Program-made: the position numbers and the translations under genes
Assembly: GCA_951406725.2 (NCBI GenBank)
Contig: OX597834.1
Location: 21,142,001-21,206,000, forward strand
Source of the DNA: Octopus vulgaris
Lineage: Eukaryota
Direction of reading: 5' to 3'
DNA: 64,000 bases
The notes under the pieces: model-generated
Told to the model about the DNA's origin: nothing
Databases searched by the model: none
Seen by the model: the letters and a program-made list of their open reading frames with translations, nothing else
Part shown: positions 53,229 to 64,000 of the stretch, in pieces
How positions within the stretch are numbered: the stretch's first letter is position 1
Layout: each line of letters begins with the position of its first letter

Positions 53229-54827
53229 TTAATAATGATAATCCTTTCTACTATAGGAACAAGGCCTGAAATTTGTGGGGAGGAGACTGGTCAATTGCAT
53301 GGACCCCAGTTTTTCACTGGTACTTAATTTATCGACGCTGAAAGGATGAAAGGCAAAATAGACCTCACTAGAATCTGAACTCAGAATGTAGCAGCAAACG
53401 AAATACTAAGCATTTCGCCTGGCATGCTAATGATTGTGCCAGCTCGCTGCCTTAATAATAATGATGACGACGACGATGACTTTGGCACAAGGCCAGCAAT
53501 TTTGTGGGAGGGAGTAAGTCAATTACATCAGCCCCAGTGCTCTACTGGTCTTAATTTATCAATCCCAGAGGATGAAAGGCAGAGGTCACATCCAGCAGAA
53601 TTTGAACTGAGAACATCAACCCAGATGCCTAACCCATGCAAGCATGGAAAAGTGGATGTGAAAGCAATCCTGATGGATCTGGTCTTGAAAAGTTTCTCTT
53701 AAAGGCAAGAAGCCCTGCATTTGCCCATAAATACAAGTCTAATCTTTTGGTGTTTGTCCATGGGAAGGGCAAGACTCCTACAGCTCAGTATAAATGCCTT
53801 TGTGCATACACACATGCAGCCTGCCTGTCCCTTTGTGTTGGTATTGTATATGCACGTTCAGACAGATAGGTGTACATACATGTATATACATTCATGTATG
53901 TATATACACACACAAGCTGATCATTGTGTATACAAACCATTTGTCAACAAGCCAGATGTATTCAAGAGGACAAAATGCAGAGAGTAGCTTCTTCCCCGGT
54001 TCAAACGTGCATCAAGCATATTCAGACTGGTAATATATTTGCATATATATATATGAATAGATAGATAGATAGATATATATATATACAGAGAGAGAGAGAG
54101 AGATATGAAAATACAACCATATATAAAGATATATATATATATATTCAAAGCTGAATAAATATTATTTTGCTCTACTTCACTATATTGAGTACTTGGGCTT
54201 CACTTAATTGCATGCACACATGATACACAATTCACTATATATGGGTGTGTATGTGTATGTATATATATATATATATATAAAGATACATACATGCATACAC
54301 ACATATATATATATTTACATGTATGTACACACACATACATACATATTTGTACACGCACATACACACACACATTTACATTGTTTTTGTTTTGTGGTCTGTT
54401 ATTTCAATTTGTCTGTTATTCTAACCTACTGTTTTATATTTGTATTGCCCTTGTGGCAAATTAAAGACATCATAATCGTCGTTGTCTCCCCCCCACCCTT
54501 CCCCTCATCTTTATTATTTTTTTTTTTTTACAAAGTGGAAGGTGAGGGTGGAGAAGGGAAGACACTGCCCTTCAGTAAATGTTCAGAAAAGGTGGGTGAG
54601 AGTGGCCTCATGGCTCAGTGGGGGCTCCACCAACTATGCATCTCCAAGCTGAGAGAAGTATTTGTTCTGGCCCTTCATGTTCTGAGTTCAAATCCCACCA
54701 AGGTAAATTTTGAGAACGATAAAATAAGTACCAGTTACACACTGGGGTTCGATGTAATTGACTCGTCCCCTCCCATGAACTTGCTGGCCTTGTGCCAGAA
54801 TTTGAAATCATCATCATCATTATTATT

Positions 54828-54912
54828 ATTACCTCCGCCTTAGCAAAGGCAGAGGTATTGCTTACAGTTGTGTTTGTTTGTTTGTCCATGGACAAGATAT
54901 CTCAAGAACTGC
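54828..54912 (+). mobile_element. Helentron-associated (HINE/DINE-like) element 5' fragment
   Basis: attacctccgcc-ttagcaaa-ggcagaggt hairpin followed by (GTTT)n. Confidence 0.5.
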
Positions 54913-55285
54913 ATGCTGGGCGAAATGCTTCGTGGTATTTCGTCCGCCGCTGCGTTCTGAGTTCAAATTCCATCGAGGTCAACTTTACCTTTCATCCTTT
55001 CGGAGTCGATAAATTAAGTACCAGTGATGCACTGGGGTCAATGTAATCGACTTAATCCATTTGTCTGTACTTGTTTGTCCCCTCTATGTTTAGCCCCTTG
55101 TGGGTTGTAAAGAAATAGGTATTTTGTCTGCCGCCACGTTCTGAGTTCAAATTCCACCGAGGTTGACTTTGCCTTTTGTCCTTTTGGGGTCAGTAAAATA
55201 AGTACCAGTTGAACACTGGGGTCGATGTAATCAACTCATCCCCTCCCCCAAAATTGCTGCCCTTGTGGCAAAATTTGAAACTTAT
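54912..55285 (+). mobile_element. Tandem SINE B units with two different tails
   Basis: First unit ends aaagaaatag; second starts headless at gtattttgtctgcc. Confidence 0.75.
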
Positions 55286-55293
55286 TATTATTG

Positions 55294-55610
55294 TGCAAGA
55301 ATGGCCAGTGTAAATGGACCAATTCTCAGGTTTCGCCTGTGATTGAAAAAGGTTTTATAAAAGGAGAAAGAGGCTCTCTACACCACCTTTTTGACCAGGC
55401 TCCCGTTGGCTTTTATGGGTTTTTCCACCAGGAACCTTTCAAAGCGCTTCCCCCTATTGGGAGTTTTTCATTGTTAAATATTTTCGCTGTTACAGTTTTC
55501 TACACGGATTTTTACAAACGGACAAAACCTTTTGTAACCTTTCGTCCTGTTTTGTCCCTTTATGTTTTCTAATCATGTGTGTCAGCCCTTGTGGCCAATA
55601 AAAAGAATTA
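55294..55610 (+). mobile_element. Second copy of the Tx1/L1-like 3' end
   Basis: Homologous to 52847-53165; sits in (ATT)n. Confidence 0.7.
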
Positions 55611-56170
55611 ATTATTATTATTATTATTGCTATTTTGTTCATGTATATGTGTATATATATGTCTTTCCATTTTAACTGTTTGGTGAGATTAGCGATTTGG
55701 TGTAATTAATAGGGGAAAAAAAAAAATACTAAGAAAAAAGGGTTTGCTGTATCTACATGATAAATGAGACAAGCAAGAGTGACGAACAGACAGACAGATA
55801 TATGTTAACTGGTGGCATGGGAAGGGAACTCCTCTTTGGGTGGTTATGAAATCCAGTGTGGGTGAAGGGGGAGATGATGGAGTGTATGAAGGAGGCGGTG
55901 TCTTGAGGAGTCAGGTGGGGGGTGCAAGGAGGGGGGTACTAAGTTCAAGAAGAAGTAAAGTTAGTGTCAGTAGCATATTCAATGGTGGCGGGGGTGGGGG
56001 TGGCGGAGGGGAGGCCATTAAAAAAAATAAATAGTTTTAAGTGATGAAAGGATGGACAAGCAGCTGTGATGGTAGTCATGGTCACAGACACTGTCAACAC
56101 CACTGCTGGGAGCTTCTGTGAGGGTCTGCTAGAAATAGCAGTCAAATCTCTACCTCCACCCAACCCTTTA

Positions 56171-56247
<77 letters not shown>

Positions 56248-57514
56248 GCAACTTAGAACTAAACATGGATGATGTAGTTTTAATTTCTTCATAGAGGAGA
56301 AAAAGATGGGATGGCCATGTGGAAGGGGAATAGTTTTGACCATAGGTCTCTTCTACTGGAGATTACCTGAGGCTAAGCAACAACAACAACATACATGTGT
56401 CCCCACCCCCACTCTCCACCCCGTTTTCCCACCACCCTGCTGACTGTCATCCAGGTTAGGTCACGCCTTGAGGTGTTGTTGTTGTTGTTGTTGTGGCTGT
56501 TGGTGGTGGTGGTGTTGCTGATGGTGGTCACAGAGGGTGTGTTTGTAGTTGTAGTTGTGGTGGTCATGGTGGATTTGGATAATCCAGTGATAATGATGAT
56601 GATGATGATGATAGTACTGGTTAATGCTTGGTGGTGCTTGAGGGTGTGGTGATGGTTGTGCATGGTAGCAGTACCGGCAGTGGTGGTGGTGGTGGTGGTG
56701 GTGGCTGCAGTGATGTTGGCTCTCAGACAGTTTGTTGTCACTGTAGATGGTAAAAGAGGATGGCGGCAGAGAGCAGGGGCAGAGGTATGGTGGTGGTGGT
56801 GGTGAGAACTATGTTTTAAGCAGTTGTCATGGTGACAGTAATAATGTGTGTGTGTATGTGCATGTGTGTGTGTGTGAACACAAACACAACTGGCTCCACT
56901 CCATCACTCTTCCCAACCATCACCACCACCACCACCCTATTCTTTATCTTTGGCTGCTTCTGTCTCTCTCACCCCCTCTCTCTCTCTCCCTCTCTCTCTC
57001 TCCCCTCTCTCTCCCTCTCTTTCTGTCCTTCTCTCCACAAAGTCACATGTGATACATATCCTAGGCTCAGCCTTTTAATACATTTATCTGTTCGGAACAC
57101 CCTATGTGGTCGCCTAATCTGCTAGAAATAGCAGTCAGGGCTTCCTCAAATCACGGTCTAACATTTCAAGGGAAGGAAGGACACATTGAATAAGGCAGCT
57201 ATAATTATATATGTATAAAAGTCTGAATGACTGATAAATAAATAAATAAATAAATAAATAGATAAATAAATAAAATGTAGTGATGATCGGGAATGGAATG
57301 TCTTTGATGGTTCACTTTGCTCAATCAGGGTTGACCTGGGGTTAAATAACAACAGCAGCCGCAATAACAGTAATAGCAACAAAAGCAACAATTCTCACTG
57401 CAGTTAGCAACAATTTCTAAAGGCCCATGATCTCATTCCATTGCTATGACAACACAGGGGAACCGAATTAATGATGGAAGGGCCGGGTGGACCCTTTTGT
57501 TTGGAAAAATAATC

Positions 57515-57915
57515 AAATTTCATGTGTTGTCATCGTTGTTGTTTAGTTCCAGGTCAGGTCAGAACCCTGATTGAGCAGATTTATATGATCAAGATCAAAA
57601 GTGTTCCAGACGTGACCATCTCATCTTTTTATTTCAGGAATTATGTAGTGCATCATCATCATCATCACCATCATCATCAACATCATTTAACATACATTTT
57701 CCATGCTGACCTGGGTTGGACGGTTTGACTGAGGTCTGGAGAGCCAGTGGCTGCACCAGGTTCCAATCTGACCTGGCCAGGTTTCTACAGTTGGATGTCC
57801 TTCCTAAGGCCAATCACTCCAAGAGTGTAGTGGGCACTTTTTACGTAAGATATATATATACCTCAGTCAAACCGTCCAACCCATGTCAGCATGGAAAACG
57901 GACGTTAAACGATGT

Positions 57916-57971
<56 letters not shown>

Positions 57972-58105
57972 CAGTACATAATTCCTGAAATAAAAAGATG
58001 AGATGGTCACGTCTGGAACACTTTTGATCTTGATCATAAATCTGCTCAATCAGGGTTCTGACCTGACCTGGGACTAAACAACAACAATGACAACACATGA
58101 AATTT
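57515..58105. repeat. Inverted duplication, arms 57515-57735 and 57860-58105
   Basis: Both arms contain the same junction between a (CAA)-tailed repeat and a family C tail. Confidence 0.9.
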
Positions 58106-58142
<37 letters not shown>

Positions 58143-58667
58143 AGAATATTTTCCAGTCTGCACCTGTTTTCTTGAAGCTTGCTTCCCAACCTTCAGTCCC
58201 ACTATGTGGTACTTTGTGCAAGTGGCTTCTACTATTGCCCTGGGCCAAACAAAAGCCTTGTGAGTAGATTTAATAGATGGAAACTGAAAGAAGACCATCC
58301 TATATATGTGTGTGTGTGTGTGTGTCTTTCTCTACTGATTGACAACTGGTGTTAGTTTGTTTATATTCCTATCATCTAGCAGTTCAGCAAAAGATAGCAA
58401 TGACTGAAACAAGTAAAAGATAAAAGATGTAGGTTATACACGCTGGGATTCTTTCAATTTCCATTTGTTAAATCCACTCACAAGAGTTTTATAAGCCCAG
58501 GGCTGTTAGAGAAGCCACTTGCCCAAGGTGTCATGCAGTGGGACTGAACCCAGAACCATGTGCTTTGGAAGCAAGCTACTAACCACACAGCCACTTCTGT
58601 GCCTGTTAGTTTGGTTTCAAATTCATTTTATGGTTTTTTATGGATCACATTTTGAACTACATATATC

Positions 58668-58698
<31 letters not shown>

Positions 58699-60570
58699 GG
58701 GGGCACCAGTACCTTTTAAATGCTTAAGGTCTCAATGTCTCTTAATTACGGGCCTGGCAGGGCATGACATGATACGAAGGACATATGAGACCTGGTTTCT
58801 ATTTCTGTTTAGTCGAGGGTCTACCTAGAAGTTACCCCTTTGACTCAGTGTGATGGTAGGTGACGGGAGAGGTGCTGGAATGGATGTATTGTCTGATGGA
58901 AGCAACTAGTCATCGAACAGTCAAAGACAGCCAATGTCTGGCTGAAGAAGGAAGGTCACCCCCTGTTGAGCTGGAATTCCTCATGATTTCTCTATCGGAA
59001 TGGCATAATGGCATCAAACAAAGCCGCTTGTTGCAACCAAACAATGCAGTCAGTTACTGTGTGCACACACATGTATCTATGCATGGTTATGTATATATAT
59101 ATATATACACATTGTATATATGTGTGTGAGTGTTTCTATGCATGTATGTGTGTATGTATTTAGGTGGTGAGCTGGCAGAATCATTTCTACATCAGCAGGT
59201 GGGGGGGAGAAGGAAATGGCACTTTAATTCGGGATGGGGCTAGTCCCATTTGTTTCTATGACAAAATTAGGGATGTCTCTTTGATGTTCAAGAATGGGTG
59301 GGGAGAGAGGGTTTATGGACTCAGTTCTAACCCAGACCCTGTGTCCTCTTTTCCTTCTTCTCCCAGCTCTTCCCACCACCACTGCTGCCATTCCTCAACT
59401 ACTCTGTTCCATCCTTCCACCCTACACAGACACACACACATGCACACTTTTGGTCTGCTGTTCCTGGTTTTGCCTTTGACAAAATTCCTTACTCTCCTTC
59501 TCATCTTGTTGCTTCTCCCTCTGATGTACATGTCATCCTATGCCTCTGTAACCCCAAACTGCTGCTGTGGCACCCTGCACTGCCCGTCGTCACATCATTC
59601 CTCTAATACTTAGAACAAGCTGTATGCTTGTGTGTGCGTGTGTGTGTGGCAAGGCAGGTGGTGTGGACAAAGAAGAGGAGAAAGTTATGTAGGAAATAAG
59701 TATAGAAGCTCTTGAAAGTGAAAGTAGAAAGCTAGAGGCATGGAGGAACAGAATGGGACAAGATGGTGACGGCTGTGGTGATGGCAACAGTGGTTATAGT
59801 TGGTGGGGGTGGTGAGGAAAGTGCAGGAAAAGCAATGTACCCCTCCCCCGCCACACCTCCGTCTTGCCCCGCCTCTGAAAAGAAAACAAAAACAAAAGAC
59901 ATGCAAAAAAATGATAAAACATAAACCATGGCAAAGAAGAGTCTTGTAAGACCATTGATGCATGAAGTAACTACAAGAATGACACATTTTGGTGACAGTA
60001 ATGGGTGGGGAGGGCACGGTGGAGTAGGCAATGGCTGGAACGGTGGGGGGAAGCATTTATTTATTTATTTATTTTCAAAGTTGACAAATTGAAAAAAATG
60101 TGATGTTTCAACAGATACACACACACATACGTACATGCATGTACACATACATACACACACAGTTGTATATACTCACACATATGCACACATACACACTTAA
60201 GCACGTGCAAGCATACACATACACACACAAACACGCATGTACACATGTATATACTCACACATATGCACGAAAACAAATACGCATACATAGATGCATCTAC
60301 ACATACACACACAAATGTATACACACATATGCACAAAAACATATGCGCACACATACACACTTAAGCACTTACAAACATACACATGGACACACGCACACAT
60401 GTACACACGCATACTCACACATATGTTTACACGTATGCACTCGCACACACAAACATACACACACTTAAGCACATACAAGTGTGCACACACATATACACAT
60501 TCAAACACCCACAGACACGCATCTCTCATTCACATCCTTCCTCTCTCTCTCTCTCATCTACCTCCCTCTT

Positions 60571-60615
<45 letters not shown>

Positions 60616-61099
60616 CTTCTTTACAAATTCCGGCATATTCTACTGAGGTGCAATAAGACATAAAATCTTAATTATTTGTAAATATTTGATATTTCACTCT
60701 AACGTTGCTTATTTTACTAAATTTTTTTTTATTATTTATATTCATATTTTTACATTTTTACATTTATTTATATTTTTATCTATTTATTTATTTGTCGCTT
60801 TTCTCATTCCCTTAGTCTCTTCCACCATCCAGCGACCACAACAACAACACCAACAACAATGGTGACAACCACCCCTTAATGGCTTCATCTTTCCACCGCC
60901 CCAACCCTCGTCATTGCTTTTTTTTTCTTCGTTTCTTTTCAAATTTTCTTTTTCTTTTTGTGTTTTGCATGTTTGTTTTGTTTCGTTTTGTTTCTTTTTT
61001 TCTTAGAGACATCTATATTTACATTCCTATCTTATTCCATTTGTGACATTCCTTCGAGATGGTTACACTCAGATATCCACATATACATATATGTGTGCT

Positions 61100-61199
<100 letters not shown>

Positions 61200-61210
61200 C
61201 ACATATATAT

Positions 61211-61241
<31 letters not shown>

Positions 61242-62003
61242 CACACACATATATATATATATGTATATGCATATGTATTTATATATATATATGCTTATAT
61301 ATGTATGTGTGTGTATATATGTATACACACACTCACACACATGTATATGTGTCTGTGTTTTGTGGTGGTTAAGGAGAGAAATTATTCATTGCTAGATCAA
61401 ATTAGTAAATAACATTCACACATGAATGACTTTCGGCTCTTACATCCCCAGCTGCCTCCTCCACTTCTCTTTGCTACTCCCTGTCTCTTATTCTATTAAA
61501 CTAAGCAGTAAGGTGGGGGAGATAAATGGTTGACAAAGGTGGTGGTGGTGGTGGTGGTGTCTGTATCTGTGACAGAAGCACCGAGGGGAGGTGGGTGCTA
61601 GAGAGAGAGAGAGAGCGATGGCAATGACAATGGTGGTGGTGGTGGCTGTAAATGTGATGGAAGCACCAAGGAGAGGTGGGTGATGACAATGGTGGTGGTG
61701 GTGGTGGTGATGTGTGTAATGGTTGTGAACAACAAGCAAACAAAAAAAATAATAATAATAAACAAGCATGGACAAATAAACAAAGGCATGAGATCAGTGA
61801 AGAAACCTGGTTGGTGGTCATTCATTGGAATGAAGATGAGGGTGGGGTGGTGCAGAGAAGGAGGAACGGGGTGGGAGGGGTCCCTGTGTGTGTGTGTGTG
61901 TGAGGAGGGGTTGGACACAGAGGAGGGGTCTGAACAAACGAAGGGGGTGTTGTGTAGATAGGTGACTGGTAATATTATCTGCAAAGAAAAAAGAAGAGAA
62001 GAA

Positions 62004-62034
<31 letters not shown>

Positions 62035-62828
62035 GCGACTGGTAAAAGTAACAAATATTTTCGTACCTCACCCCCACTCTCTCAGGCTCATCTCGCCCAA
62101 CCACCCCTACCATTCATTCTATCATTGGTATAGGCATCCTTGTCACCCCGCACCGCCAGCTTCCTTCCGATTTTACAGAGTGAGATTTGTCACGGTGGTG
62201 GTGGTGGTGATGGTCGTGGCGGGAGTGGTAAGATGGCAAAAGCGATGACAAAACGACGGTGTTGACGATGATGATGATGATGACAATGACAGCAGCAACA
62301 GCCCCAGACGTGGTCGGTTGGGTGGTGGCGCTGGAGATGCGCCGGTCGCGATTGTCATTGACGCAATCTGATCAATGGCTTCAATGACATCTCCAAATTA
62401 TGATATCTTTGATACAGAACGGGGCCATCACTTCTTCTCTATCTCTTCGTTTATCTATCAATCTATCTATCCATCTCTTCCCTATCTCTCCCCTTATCTA
62501 TCAATTTATCTCTCTATCTCTCTATTTATCTCTCTCTCTGACTATCTATCTGTCTATCTGTCTAGACATCTATATCTTTATCTCTGTTTCTCTCTCTCTC
62601 TCAATCTCTATACTGATGACCTTCGCCATCACCCCCACCACCACCTCCACCACAATCGGCTACACTTACCCTCCTCCCCATCTTCTTTTCCATCCGAATT
62701 CCAATAGACAGATGAATAAATGGATGGATGGATGGATGATCGGATGGAATTTCTCCGTAAACACCATATTTATTCACACACACACATATGTATGTGTGTG
62801 TATGTATATATACATATATATATACATA

Positions 62829-62883
<55 letters not shown>

Positions 62884-63418
62884 GCGTCTGTATTCATTTG
62901 GTTTCCTGCATATTTTCCTTCTCCGACCCCCAAATCCCCTCCTAAACCAAGATGGAATCAATCAGTGCATGTTGGAACTGTTTTATATTTATCACACACA
63001 AAATGTAAAACAAAATTATTGTCAGTGATAAAAGATAAAAAAAAAAAATTGCCTGTATAAACGTATCAAGATATATTAAACATTACACATATTTGCAAAC
63101 TATTCACACACACACACACATACATACACATATACACACACAGATATATCAATAATATATCACTCATATATACATCTATAACTGTGTAACCTTTGATGGT
63201 AGCTAATAGGTTCAGGCATAGCTGTGTGGTTAAAAGTATGCTTCCCAGCCACATGGTTCTGGGTTCAATCCCACTGTGTGGTATCTTAGCTTGTTCAGCT
63301 TGAGCCTATAGTAAAAGCCATTCATAAAAGAATTATTTCTTTTATGAATAGAAAAAGATAAAACTCAAACATAGTCCTGTATTTAATGAAGCACACACAC
63401 ACATACAAATATTCTTTA

Positions 63419-63800
63419 GTGTGGCTGTGTGGTAAGAATTTTACTTTCCAGCTACATGGTTCTGGGTTCAGTCCCACTGTGTGGCATGTTGGGCAAATGC
63501 CTTCCACTTTAGTCTCGGGTCTACTGAAATCTTGTAAGTGGATTTGGTTGACAGAAACTGAAAGAAGCTCATTGTATGTATGTGTGTGCATGCGTGTGTG
63601 TGTGTGTGTTTGTCCCCTGCAATCGCTTGACAACCGGTATTGGTATGTTTATGTCCCTGTAACTTAGTGGTTCAGCAAAAAAGCCTGATAGAGTAAATAC
63701 CAGGCTTAAAAAAAATAAGCACCTAGGTTAATTCCTTTGACTAAACTCCTTCAAGGTGGTGCCCCAGCATGGCCACAGCTTAATGACTGAAACAAGTAAA
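63419..63800 (+). mobile_element. SINE family A, older copy
   Basis: Homology along its length. Confidence 0.8.
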
Positions 63801-63965
63801 AAAAACAAAAAACACACGTATATATGTGCATGTGCATTCCTTGGATTTTCTTAATCTCATCCGTATTGGATCCGCCATTACCATCCATATCCAAGGCTGA
63901 TGGCATGACCTTTAGTTTCATAGTATTATCCTAAATGCCAAAACTGCAAATTCCTTTTGTCAGGA

Positions 63966-64000
63966 AATCTGACGAAAGGGAAACTCCCAGCTCTTTCCCT
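63966..64000 (+). ncRNA. Probable hammerhead ribozyme cut by the window edge
   Basis: CTGACGA A AGGGAAA ctcccagctc TTTCCCT; the expected GAAA would lie outside the window. Confidence 0.55.

Noticed and set aside
58860-59129. 89-aa ORF in non-repetitive-looking sequence
   Set aside because: Non-ATG start, no motif recognised and ends in a microsatellite

Overview
Repeat-saturated, gene-free eukaryotic DNA; the repeat content points to a coleoid cephalopod, most likely Octopus (inference). I found no convincing host protein-coding exon, and nearly all listed ORFs are translations of (TA)n/(TG)n/(TAA)n/(ACC)n microsatellites. The window is a patchwork of at least four tRNA-derived SINE families, 5'-truncated LINEs (RTE, an RTE-like 3' end with three C2H2 zinc fingers, a Tx1/L1-like 3' end, a (TAA)n-embedded element), TTAA-type and hAT-type MITEs, a decayed hAT transposase and Penelope-like (GIY-YIG) remnants. 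The most notable signal is about 11 minimal type-I hammerhead ribozyme (HHR) motifs from several unrelated short elements, mostly next to (TA)n tracts. They include an intact one at 40329-40390, a three-copy family with a fixed non-canonical core (CUGUCGA), and one placed just downstream of a tRNA-like Pol III cassette in a Penelope 3' end. Fold-back inversions at element junctions are also recurrent. All structures were read by eye, so boundaries are approximate.
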